32,000 nucleotides of DNA from Opitutales bacterium (lineage in GTDB: Bacteria; Verrucomicrobiota; Verrucomicrobiia; Opitutales; PNEW01): the NCBI GenBank assembly GCA_965219535.1, contig CBDCNV010000002.1:30001-62000 (forward strand). The letters are read 5' to 3'. The position numbers and the translations under genes were made by a program. Under the pieces are notes generated by a model. That model searched no databases, was not told the DNA's origin, and saw only the letters and a program-made list of their open reading frames with translations. Of this stretch, positions 1 to 8,789 are shown one piece after another (position 1 is the first letter of the stretch; the number at the start of each line of letters is the position of its first letter).

Positions 1-680
1 CCCGCCTTTGCGTGGCACGCTTCTTTCGTTTCTTCCCTACTGACCAGCCTTCCCGCTATAATAACACCGTGATCCACCTATACCCGTAGCGTACACGGAC
101 GGCGGCGAGGTTACGTATGCACGCTCGTCCTTCTTCACCAGCTGATAGTTATAACTCGACAAACACATCTGCATTAGCCTGAACACCCGGCAGTTGCTCA
201 CCTCATAAGTTTCCACTAGCCGGTCAGCAATCACCTTCTTGCGTACAGGCTTTACCATTTCTTTGCGATAACTTCCTGTAGCATGGGCTTGTCCAAGCTT
301 AGGTCAGCTACCAGCTTCTTCAAACTCGCGTTCTCTTCGTCGAGTTGCTTCAGCCGTCTTAATTCACTGATTCCCAGGCCCGCATATTTACCCTTCCAAC
401 GGTGGTAGGTTTGTTCGCTTATCCCTAACTCTCGACACACTTCGACTGCCATCTACCTGCCTTGGGCCATTGATGATTTGTTCTTTATTATATCGTTTGT
501 CAGGCCTTCTCGGCTATACCTCGTGAACCTTTGCTTTTCATGTGTGGTTCTTTCACCTATCATATATTAGGTTTTTCACCCATGCCAGATTAAATCTTTG
601 CTGGTCCAGTTTTTCGGGGACAGGTCAGATAAACAAATAACCCCTCTCTGTAAATAATACGATTTTTGGGATCACTCCAC
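1..680 (-). mobile_element. Decayed IS3-family (IS407-group-like) element, 'type 4'; body runs off the window start
   Basis: OrfA-like ORF 252..452 is followed by the OrfB N-terminus at 37..258. The terminal sequence ..cctctctgtaaataatacgatttttgggatca ends near 674 and resembles the end of the IS at 18550..18598 and the fragment at 21937..21989. Confidence 0.7.
37..452 (-). pseudogene. IS3-family transposase OrfA/OrfB remnants (frameshifted, with an internal stop)
   Basis: OrfA part: ..GISEQTYHRWKGKYAGLGISELRRLKQLDEENASLKKLVADL (HTH plus leucine-zipper tail). Its N-terminus (MKSK, RFT..) lies in other frames at about 455..560. A different frame at about 40..91 reads RYGYRWITVLL*REGW, which is the conserved OrfB RYGYRR motif interrupted by a stop. 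Confidence 0.7.
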
Positions 681-732
681 TCGTTCGATGTGGGTGCCCA
701 TTTATTGTGGGTAGATATATGCGAAGAAATCA

Positions 733-1320
733 TTGCTGAACAACATGGACTTACTTTCAGCAATTGAAGAGTCAAGGGCTAACTATTGGAGCGATTCCGC
801 GAAACACAAACGAGGTAGACTGACTTTACACGAGACAAGACGCGCAGTTGTTGGCGAAGCATTCTCGAGCTTGGGCATTGAGAATACGGAGTTATCAGAC
901 AGGGTCGCAGATACCTTTTCGGAACGAAGGCTCAACTACGTAGTCTTATTTCCAATAGCAATCGAGGCTCATAAATTACTGCGGTTGGAGAGTAAAACCT
1001 AGGATTGGTCACGAACGGCTATTCTTGTGGTCAGAGAGCTAAGATCGATAAGTTTGGCTTGGCCAGCTATTTTGATGCTGTCATTATCGAAGGGGAAGTC
1101 CGATTCGGAAAGCCAGATGAGCGCATTTACCGCCGTGCAATTGAAACCCTTCAAGTAATGGTTGATGGGGTATGGTATGTCGGCGATAATTTCGAATGGG
1201 ATGTAGCGGCACCACAGGTAATGCGTATCTGGAGCGTCTGGAATGATTAATAAAGGTAAGGTGTGTCCCTGAAAGCAGCAATGTAAGACCAGATAGAATA
1301 ATAAACACGATAATCGAGCT
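733..1320 (+). pseudogene. HAD-superfamily hydrolase, N-terminally truncated by the IS and frameshifted
   Basis: ORF 733..1002 is the cap-domain part. After a TAG at about 1000 the reading continues in another frame as (K)LGLVTNG....KIDKFGLASYFDAVIIEGEVRFGKPDERIY...VWYVGDNFEWDV (HAD motifs II-IV). The tail (INKGKV.PE...PDRIINTIIEL) sits in a third frame. The DxDxT motif I is missing. Confidence 0.7.
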
Positions 1321-1358
1321 TGATCGTCCCTAATGTTTATAAGAACACTGAGCAGGAA

Positions 1359-1894
1359 ATGAGGTGGCAAAAAATACACATAACCGGGGTTTCGGGCAGC
1401 GGGACCACTTCTCTGGGACGTGTCCTAGCGGCGCGTCTCGGGGTTCCGTTCTTCGATAGCGATGATTTTTACTGGAAACCAACATTACCTCCATACCAAG
1501 AAAAAGGAGTCCCAAGGAGCGGCTTGCTCTCATCCTCAACGAGCTACAGCAAAACGAATCACACATCCTCTCTGGATCGATCTGTAGATGGGACCCCCTG
1601 CTTGAGAAGTCCTTTGATGCTGTTGTTTATTTATCTGTTCGAACGGAGGTGAGAATCGCTAGACTAGAGGAGCATGAACAGGTAGAAGTCGGATTTGTGG
1701 ATAGCGAGTTCATAAATTGGGCTTCCAAATACGATACCGGGGAGATGGATATGCACAGTCGCATTTTGCACGAGAAGTGGTTGGAAGGCCGCACATGTCC
1801 CATCCTCAAGCTCGATGGAGAACGTTCCCTGTCGGAACTAATTGATGTGGTTATCAATGCAATGGCCGAACCAGGCGAGGGAGACAACGCCTGA
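1359..1894 (+). pseudogene. P-loop NMP-kinase-like ATPase (adenylate-kinase / topology-modulation-like) with a single frameshift
   Basis: It carries a Walker A motif, KIHITGVSGSGTTSLGR. ORF 1320..1652 and ORF 1649..1894 join into one protein if one base is added or removed at the A-run near 1500-1506. The shifted frame reads ..KRSPKERLALILNELQQNESHILSGSICRWDPLLEKSFDAVVYLSVRTEVRIARLEEHEQ. Confidence 0.65.
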
Positions 1895-2010
1895 AGTTGT
1901 ACCTCCCCTTAAACATTAGTCACACAGTGACCCACGTGTCAGCCATCTTTTTCGATTTGCAGGTTACACTTGGAGGTGATAGTCTTCGCGACATCACGTC
2001 ATTTGAGTTT

Positions 2011-2173
2011 TGATTGGACTCCGTTTTTCGTACCAATTATTAAGTGAGAGAGTTACCGGGTGTTAATGGTTTAAGGATTGATGTATATGCGAGATTTTGG
2101 CGAAGTGAGGGCGTAGCCCGAACGCGGCCAAGATCTGAAAGGAACTTAACAAACGCTGGTGGGCTTTTAAAGC
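2011..2173 (-). mobile_element. Solo terminal fragment of the 'type 2' IS3-family element
   Basis: tgattggactccgtttttcgtaccaattattaagtgagagagttaccgggtgttaatgg... aligns with 17251.. and 3078... Homology is lost after gggcttttaaagc at about 2173. Confidence 0.8.
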
Positions 2174-2375
2174 ATATCGGCAATCTGCGTTCCAATCGAT
2201 AACCTACGTGGGAGACGTTTCCTGTGATTTGAAGGCGTCAATAGAACTCGGATGGCATTTCATAGCGGTGGGCGAATCGATCCTCTCATACGAAGATGAT
2301 CGATCTCGAATCTGGATTAAGGATTTTACGGACAGCCAGGAACTGAACAGAATCCTGGAGGAAATTGGGAAATAG
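2174..2375 (+). pseudogene. C-terminal fragment of a HAD-family hydrolase, 5'-truncated by the IS fragment
   Basis: The frame ending at TAG 2373..2375 reads ..ITYVGDVSCDLKASIELGWHFIAVGESILSYEDD...LNRILEEIGK (HAD motif IV, GDxxxD). No N-terminal part exists upstream. Confidence 0.5.
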
Positions 2376-2472
2376 CACAACAAGTCGGATTATGTAGACA
2401 ACATATAGCTCGAGCGCTACCTTATAAGTTATGTCGTTCAGATAAACATGACAGTTAAACGAGATTAAGCAT

Positions 2473-2775
2473 ATGCCATTCTTAATATTTGCTCTAGACC
2501 ACGATGGGAAAAGTGAAGTTCGCGAAAACCTAAGGCAAGTCCACAGGGATCATGTCAGTAAAGCGGGAAAGAAGCTATTAACTGCGGGTGCGCTGCTTGC
2601 CGCCGATAAAACTACAGTTATTGGCGGTATATCTCTACTTGATACTGATTCACGAGAGGAAGCTGAGAAATTTGCTTATGAAGACCCCTATGAAAAAGCA
2701 GGTGTCAGAAAACAAACAATGATCTTGCGCTGGCGCAGACGTTGGCTGGACGGTGAGTTTCTTGGCGATAATTGA
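2473..2775 (+). CDS. YciI-like (YCII domain) small protein
   Basis: The 100-aa ORF MPFLIFALDHDG...AGALLAADKTTVIGGISLLDTDSREEAEKFAYEDPYEKAGV...ILRW has the length and motif pattern typical of the YciI family. Confidence 0.7.
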   Translation: MPFLIFALDHDGKSEVRENLRQVHRDHVSKAGKKLLTAGALLAADKTTVIGGISLLDTDSREEAEKFAYEDPYEKAGVRKQTMILRWRRRWLDGEFLGDN

Positions 2776-3077
2776 TGAATCCTTGACAAACATAACCACC
2801 AACAGTTGAACTGGGGTCAGGTTTTCGGAAGTCATGACCACGAAAACAGGTCCACTAGAAAAGTTAGTCTGGGACACCTGTAAAGGACTCAGACAATGAA
2901 AGGCAAAAGATATACAACCGAAGAGAAGATACGGATGCTGCAGCAGGCAGACAAAGGGAAAACGATCCTGGAAGTATGCCGTGAGAACAACATAAGCGAA
3001 CAGACCTTCCACCGCTGGAAACGTGAGTTTGGGATGATTGATGTCAACTAGGCCAAGCGGATGAAGGAACTCAAGAA

Positions 3078-3395
3078 TGATTGGACCCCGTTTTTCGTAC
3101 CAATTATTAAGTGAGAGAGCTACCGGGTGTTAATGGTTTTAGGATTGATGTATAGGATAGATCTTGGCGAAGTGAGGGCGTAGCCCGAGCGTGGCCAAGA
3201 TCTGAAATGAATCAGACAAACTCTTGGGGCTTTTAAAGCCTAAACGACTGTGGGGATGTTCATAGTTATAGGTCTGACTCCATTGTTCGATTACCACTTG
3301 TGCTTCAGCTACGCTGAGCAACACTTCACGGTTCAACATGAGCGCTTCGCTATGTCGTCACTACGTTCCTCGGTACATCGCGTAAGCGGTTGTGA
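3078..3395 (-). mobile_element. Nested fragment (end plus 3' part of orfB) of the 'type 2' IS, replacing about 230 bp of IS copy A
   Basis: It aligns with 17251..17545. ORF 3139..3339 reads LNREVLLSVAEAQVVIEQW..YN.EHPHSRLGFKSP, matching the C-terminus of ORF 17280..18131. Confidence 0.8.
3339..3375 (-). repeat. Mini-insertion E3 (37 nt) inside the transposase codons for D-E-C-L-N-R-E
   Basis: The coding strand reads cgcgatg[taccgaggaacgtagtgacgacatagcgaagcgctca]tgttgaaccgtgaag. The uninterrupted homolog at about 17508..17532 reads cgcgatgAGtgtttgaaccgtgaag. Confidence 0.7.
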
Positions 3396-3829
3396 AACGA
3401 CTCGATGAAACTGAAGGCCGCAGTAAGAGGTGCTTATCACAGCAATACGCGAGGTGGGGCTATCTCGAAGATCACGAAGCTGTTGAAGGACGAAGGCTGG
3501 CAGGTGGGTAAACGGCTCGTGCAACGTATACGATGCGAACCGGGCTTGGCGATCACCCACGCAAGCTAAGACATCGGCGCAGGAGTGTTTTCACCGGGCT
3601 GCCGACCAAGGCCGAACAACCCGGCCAGGTTTGGACCTGGGATTTTATCCACGATAAGACGGTCCGCGGTGGGAGTCTCAAAATGCTGACCGTCCTCGAC
3701 GAGTACACCCGCGAATGCCTGGTGATCCATGTCGATCGCCATATCCGTGCGTAAACGGTATGCGGTATTATGCAAAAACTGCTCGATCGTCATGGGCTGC
3801 AAAATATATTCGTAGCGACAACGGTTGCG

Positions 3830-3862
3830 TTCCGAGGAGCGAAGCGACGACATGCGAAGCCA
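3830..3862 (+). repeat. Mini-insertion E1 (33 nt) just after the SDNG codons of the transposase
   Basis: aacggttgcg[ttccgaggagcgaagcgacgacatgcgaagcca]tttattgaaaag. The sister copy at about 7095..7125 has aacggttccgAGtttattgaaaag. Confidence 0.8.
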
Positions 3863-3941
3863 TTTATTGAAAAGGAATTGCGAACTTGGCTGACTGCGAT
3901 GAAAATCAAAACCCTCTATATCGAACCAGGAAGCCCTTGGC

Positions 3942-3985
3942 TACCGAGCGAAGCGACACCTCAACGAGCGATAGCAAGAATAACA
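3942..3985 (+). repeat. Mini-insertion E2 (44 nt) in the P-W-Q-N-G codons just before the catalytic IESF
   Basis: cccttggc[taccgagcgaagcgacacctcaacgagcgatagcaagaataaca]aacgaatccatcgaatcg. The sister copy at about 7187..7213 has cccttggcAGaacggatacatcgaatcg. Confidence 0.85.
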
Positions 3986-4345
3986 AACGAATCCATCGAA
4001 TCGTTCCATGCCCGTTTTCGCGAGGAGTGTTTAAACCGTGAACAGCTATGGACTTTGACCGAAGCCCGCGTGGTGATCGAAGATTGGCGCTGGCTTTACA
4101 ATAATGTCCGCCCCCCACTGCAGCCTCGGCAATGTCACCCCACGGTGCTTCGCTGAAGACCTCAATACCAAAGGTTCGGGCTCCATTCGGGCTACACCCT
4201 CATTGCGCCCAGACCTTGACTTGCTCTACCAACTTAACTTCAACATTAACCTCTCCAGACTAACTCTCATAGTGGTCTAGTTTGTGTAACCCGACCACCT
4301 CAAAAATCGATATATACAGAGTAATATCGTTATTTGACAGTTAGA

Positions 4346-6091
4346 TTAACTGTCTCGAAATGGGGGAATTACCGTTTCTTCAATATATTTACGTGACTTT
4401 TCTGCCATTTCATCAAGGAAGTTAGGATTCTGAAAAAGATCATCTCTTACCTTTTTTTGGATTTCGCTAAAACTTATATATCTAAGTTCAGGTTGTAGTG
4501 CACGGCTTTGTAAACAGTTAAAAAATTCTTCAGGATTATTTTTGAAATCAAAATACTGTTCCGTCGTTTCAAAATCAGAAATATTAAAAAACTGCAGTGG
4601 CAAAGTATCAGTATTAATACTAAAAACATCTCGATTTAGTTTTTCAACTATCTTGGCTTCGATAATGTGCGAATATTCATGCGTAATAGGAAATTCACCA
4701 TAAATAATCACGCATGGGGTAATACGCTCAATTCGTGGTATTTTCTCTTTTGAGACCTCAACATCTCCTTTATTTATCGCATCCGATAGATTCATCGCCT
4801 GATCAACTGCTCCACAGAGAGTCTCAACTAATAGTTCAAGATTCCCTGTCTGTCTAAGTTTTAAAGTTGGTAATAAAGATTTAATCTCGAATACATACGC
4901 AACACGCTTGAAAATTAATAGAATATCCCCTTCTAACTCATTCTTTTTCTTTCCAATTTTATAATTAAAAACAGTTCGAATTCCATCCGCTTCAGAAAAC
5001 CACTTAATAAAGAGACATTTCACGTAAGCTTCGAACAGATACCCACATTCACTTCTTAAATCTTTTACCTCATCATCAAACAATTCGCGACCGACTTGCT
5101 TTTTATAAACCTCTTGAACAAGATAAGGTAAACCGAATAAAAACTTATTAAGTACAAGCTGTTTTGAAAAACAAATTCTATTTTCTCCAATAATTAAATT
5201 TGGGTATATTCTCGGAGCAGTAGCCTTATACAGTGTTTCGTATAAATTAGAGGAGACTGTATGTTGTTTAGCAAGGCCTTCTGGTGTGATTGAAGCAAGG
5301 TCGACAAAATCAATCAGTTTCGGATATTCGTTTAGTAACTTTTTAAATAAAATCTCTGGTCGAAAATATAGGTGTGTTGCGTCGGGATTTTCAGGTTTCA
5401 ATTGTCCCCCTATTCCCGCCATCAAAAATGCACATATAATAAATTCTTTAGCCGAAAGGGAGAATCGTTTTTTAAACCACTCATCTATTGAACAACCCGT
5501 TACTTTACTGAAATCGTCATTTACCTCTGTAGCATTTGCGATTGTAAATAACCTTGCATTAGAAAATCGATAGTTATTAAAAAAACGACACGCGAGTACA
5601 TTTTTAAAGAAAACGGAAAATGTTTCAGGTGTTAAATCTTCCCAACACCGCATATCTCTAAAAAGATCAGAGGGTGCCATATTTTCATGTAACGAGAGAA
5701 TTATATGTATAAGCGGTTGCCTCTCCTTTATAGTTTGAAGCTTAGCCCCAAACCTTGATGAGCAGTATTTACAGGTGAGTTCTAAAGTTGCAATTAATGC
5801 TTGATCAGAGAGGGGATGAAAAAAATCAGGATCTTGCTGATATATCGAATTAACTTTTTGTTGCTGGTCAGGATTGAATAAATAAATCAAAAGATTATTA
5901 AGATGTTCTTGGTATTCAGCTGACTTACTATCAATGTTTTTTTGGAACACCAACTCGTTCATGTTCTTAAGCAGAGCTAAAACATTTATACAGGACACAA
6001 TATTTAAGGATGCCAGTATTTTTTTGCATTTACTTAGAGTTAATGCATACCCATATACATCTGTAGCAGTTGGTATAGAAGCTAAATTCAT
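4346..6091 (-). CDS. Orphan 581-aa protein with a PD-(D/E)xK nuclease-like core; function unknown (candidate defence or restriction-like nuclease)
   Basis: This is a single long ORF in a markedly AT-rich block. The core motif arrangement is GYLFEAYV (helix with E), then EGDILLIF (strand with D), then YVFEIKS (ExK). The N-terminal roughly 340 aa look helix-rich, with no Walker or other motif I recognise. Confidence 0.55.
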   Translation of the reverse strand: MNLASIPTATDVYGYALTLSKCKKILASLNIVSCINVLALLKNMNELVFQKNIDSKSAEYQEHLNNLLIYLFNPDQQQKVNSIYQQDPDFFHPLSDQALIATLELTCKYCSSRFGAKLQTIKERQPLIHIILSLHENMAPSDLFRDMRCWEDLTPETFSVFFKNVLACRFFNNYRFSNARLFTIANATEVNDDFSKVTGCSIDEWFKKRFSLSAKEFIICAFLMAGIGGQLKPENPDATHLYFRPEILFKKLLNEYPKLIDFVDLASITPEGLAKQHTVSSNLYETLYKATAPRIYPNLIIGENRICFSKQLVLNKFLFGLPYLVQEVYKKQVGRELFDDEVKDLRSECGYLFEAYVKCLFIKWFSEADGIRTVFNYKIGKKKNELEGDILLIFKRVAYVFEIKSLLPTLKLRQTGNLELLVETLCGAVDQAMNLSDAINKGDVEVSKEKIPRIERITPCVIIYGEFPITHEYSHIIEAKIVEKLNRDVFSINTDTLPLQFFNISDFETTEQYFDFKNNPEEFFNCLQSRALQPELRYISFSEIQKKVRDDLFQNPNFLDEMAEKSRKYIEETVIPPFRDS

Positions 6092-6237
6092 TAATTTATA
6101 TTATATCGCAAAATTGTCCTGAGTATAAAGTTTTAGCATAGCATCACTTATAAAATAAATTTAGGGAATTATTATGAAAATTGAAAACGAAATATTCATG
6201 TTAAACATTATCCATTAAATATTAAAACTTTTAATCA

Positions 6238-7213
6238 TGTGGTTGAGACCACGAAAACAGGTCCACTAGAAAAGTTAGTCTGGGACACCTGGAAAGGACT
6301 CAGACAATGAAAGGCAAAAGATATACAACCGAAGAGAAGATACGGATGCTGCGGCAGGCAGACAAAGGGAAAACGATCCTGGAAGTATGCCAGGAGAACA
6401 ACATAAGCGAACAGACCTTCCACCGCTGGAAACGTGAGTTTGGGATGATTGATGTCAACCAGGCCAAGCGGATGAAGGAACTCTTTGAAGGAGAACGCGC
6501 GGTTAAAGCGGATGCTGGCGGACAAGCTGCTGGGGATAGAGATTCTGCAGGAGACGCTCGAAAAAAAACTGTAAGCCCTGGGCACAAGCGGCAAGTGGCA
6601 GAGAGACTTGTGGCCCGGGGCCAGTGTTCGATACGTGGAGCGTGGCGATACTTTCACCTGCACCGCTCCACCTATGCGTATCGGGCGAAGTATCCTGATG
6701 CCTGGCTAACGAAACAGAAGGCGGCAGTAAGGCGGTTATCACGGCAATACGCGAGGTGGGGCTATCCGAAGATCACGAAGCTGTTGAAGGACGAAGGCTG
6801 GCAGGTGGGTAAACGGCTCGTGCAAGGTCTGCGACGTGAACTGGGCCTGGCGATTCCCCCACGCAAGCCAAGACGCCGGCGCAGGGGTGTCTCCACCGGG
6901 CTGCCGACCATGTTTGGACCTGGGACTTTATCCACGATAAGACGGTCCGCGGTGGGAATCTCAAAATGCTGACCGTCCTTGACGAGTACACCCGCGAGTG
7001 CCGGGTGATCCATGTCGATCGCCATATCAATGCGGAGAAGGTGCGCGGGGTTATGCAAAAACTGCTCGACCGTCATGGGCAGCCAAAATATATTCGCAGC
7101 GATAACGGTTCCGAGTTTATTGAAAAGGAATTGCGAACTTGGCTAACTGCGATGAAAATCGAAACCCTCTATATCGAACCAGGAAGCCCTTGGCAGAACG
7201 GATACATCGAATC
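6238..7213 (+). mobile_element. 'Type 1' IS3-family element, copy B; 3'-truncated at 7213 and frameshifted
   Basis: 6241..6483 is near-identical to 2838..3073. The true orfA frame (..KENARLKRMLADKLLGIEILQETLEKKL*) is reached only after an indel near 6485. An A8 slippery run lies at 6561..6568. OrfB (..RWGYPKITKLLKDEGW..DEYTRECRVIHVDRHI..YIRSDNGSEFIEKEL..PGSPWQNGYIES) has a deletion of about 19 nt near 6910. Homology to copy A ends abruptly after atcgaatcg. Confidence 0.8.
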
Positions 7214-7309
7214 GTCTATATATAAATATATCAATGACTTAAAATGTTCCTGTATTATTATTGTCAATAAAGCTTGCAAGTAAACCTGATTGAGGCATTA
7301 GTTTGCTTG

Positions 7310-8560
7310 ATGGAGGCAACTAAAGGAAAACGCAATAAGTCGAGTCCCTTTAATAGCTGGGAGCACCCTAAAAAAAGTTCTATCACAATCAGGGAAGTTA
7401 TCAATCGAACCGCTGGTGATGATTACGGATTTTCCTACCAGGTTTTGATTCCCGCGAAGTTCGCGGGCAAGCGAATGAGAAGACAGTTCAAGGATAAAGA
7501 GGTCGCTTTTGCCTGGGCAAAAGAACAACACGAACAATTGCTCCAACACGGGCAGCATCATTATAACCTGACCGGTTACCAATCCAAGGACGCTTTCCAT
7601 GCATTCGAAATACTGGAAGGTTTCGACATTACCCTCTCGCAGGCAGCGGAGTTTGCCAAGCTGCATTTGAATCCCCCTGCCGGTGATATCTCAGTGCTGG
7701 AGTTAACGGCAACATTGATTGAGGAAAAAGAAAACCGGAATCTGCGCTCGCGCTCGATAAATGATATCCGCTCCCGGCTGGGAATCTTCTCAAGAAGCTT
7801 TGGGAGCCGAGTGGTCAAGGAGATTTCTCAAACGGAAATAGAGGAGTGGCTCAATAACTTTACCGATCTCTCTGTGAGAAGCATTATAAACTACCGCTTA
7901 TGCTTAAGCAGCTTTTTTAACTATGCGGTGAACAAGGGATTTCGGGTCGATAACCCCGTGCAGAAAATTCCAATCCCAAAAATAGACTGGAAGCCCCCTG
8001 TCATTTTAAAAGTCACTCAAGCAGAAGATTTGGTTTTGCATGCGGCAAAGACAGATGAAGATATGGGGCTGCTCCCATTGGTGGCACTAGGGCTGTTCGC
8101 AGGGTTAAGGAGCACTGAGATTTACCGGCTTGACTGGTCGGCCATCGACCTGGAGCGCAAGTTACTGACGGTTGGCCCACAGATAGCTAAAAAGCGCCAG
8201 TTAAGAGTCATGGATCTTATGGACAATTGTGTGGCATGGTTGCAGCTATGTCATAATAAGAAGGGTAAAGTAACGCCCGCAAACTCATATATAAACTTTA
8301 CTAAGTTAACAAAACAAGCGGGCTTTCCCCATTGGAGGGAAAACTACAGCAATGCGATGCGCCACAGTTTTGGCAGCTACTATTATGCCTTGACCAGTGA
8401 TTCAAGCAAGACCGCAGCCATGCTCGGCCATAGATCGAGCGACCAGATGCTTTTTGATCATTACCGGAGTCTTGCTAGCAGAACAGAGGGGGGGAAATAT
8501 TTCTCAATCCTCCCGGCAAATGCAAAGCAATCGGTTGTCGCATTTAACCCATTAGATTGA
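7310..8560 (+). CDS. int: Tyrosine site-specific recombinase / phage-type integrase
   Basis: Catalytic-domain motifs are present: ..GLRSTEIYRLDWSAIDL.. (R), ..AMRHSFGSYYY.. (H-x-x-R region) and ..LGHRSSDQMLFDHYRSL (H and Y). The ATG at 7310 (MEATKGK..) is preferred over the upstream TTG at 7274. Confidence 0.85.
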   Translation: MEATKGKRNKSSPFNSWEHPKKSSITIREVINRTAGDDYGFSYQVLIPAKFAGKRMRRQFKDKEVAFAWAKEQHEQLLQHGQHHYNLTGYQSKDAFHAFEILEGFDITLSQAAEFAKLHLNPPAGDISVLELTATLIEEKENRNLRSRSINDIRSRLGIFSRSFGSRVVKEISQTEIEEWLNNFTDLSVRSIINYRLCLSSFFNYAVNKGFRVDNPVQKIPIPKIDWKPPVILKVTQAEDLVLHAAKTDEDMGLLPLVALGLFAGLRSTEIYRLDWSAIDLERKLLTVGPQIAKKRQLRVMDLMDNCVAWLQLCHNKKGKVTPANSYINFTKLTKQAGFPHWRENYSNAMRHSFGSYYYALTSDSSKTAAMLGHRSSDQMLFDHYRSLASRTEGGKYFSILPANAKQSVVAFNPLD

Positions 8561-8789
8561 TGGGGTATTGCCATCCGGGTTCATGATACCCTTAAGCAGC
8601 GCATTTAGCTGTAAAACAACTCGATTCCAAACCTTCAACCGCTATCTGTGCCTTTTTTCCATGATTACTTTGGGTGACATCTTCAGCCTCACCAGCGAGG
8701 GGGTTGGCCAGATTAACGGTTACCGTAAGTGGGTCAGTTTGAAAAATATTGCTTTGCACCGTGCCGATTTTGTGTCATAGTCTTTCGTC

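Larger units (their letters stand above)
2834..4296 (+). mobile_element. 'Type 1' IS3-family element, copy A; pseudogenised and interrupted by a nested IS fragment
   Basis: The left end tgaccacgaaaacaggtccactagaaaagttagtctggg and the orfA start (2897, MKGKRYTTEEKIRML..) are near-identical to 6241..6483. orfA has a TAG at 3049. OrfB parts lie at 3396..4156 (ORFs 3533..3754 and 3770..4156) with an in-frame stop (HVDRHIRA*). The right end contains gaccactatgagagttagtctggag (reverse complement), matching the left inverted repeat. Confidence 0.8.

Noticed and set aside
2650-3012. ORFs antisense to IS orfA and the IS left end (2650..3012, 6235..6663, 6300..6587), which share the peptide ..VLTAYFQDRFPFVCL.QHPYLLFGCISFAFHCLSP.
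   Set aside because: They are conserved only because the IS DNA is duplicated. They lie antisense to a recognisable OrfA, and there is no independent coding evidence.
4331-4356. The hairpin gacagtt-aatct-aactgtc (minus sense) spans the stop codon of the 581-aa gene and could be a terminator.
   Set aside because: It is followed by an A-rich tract rather than a T-rich one, so the evidence for an intrinsic terminator is insufficient.
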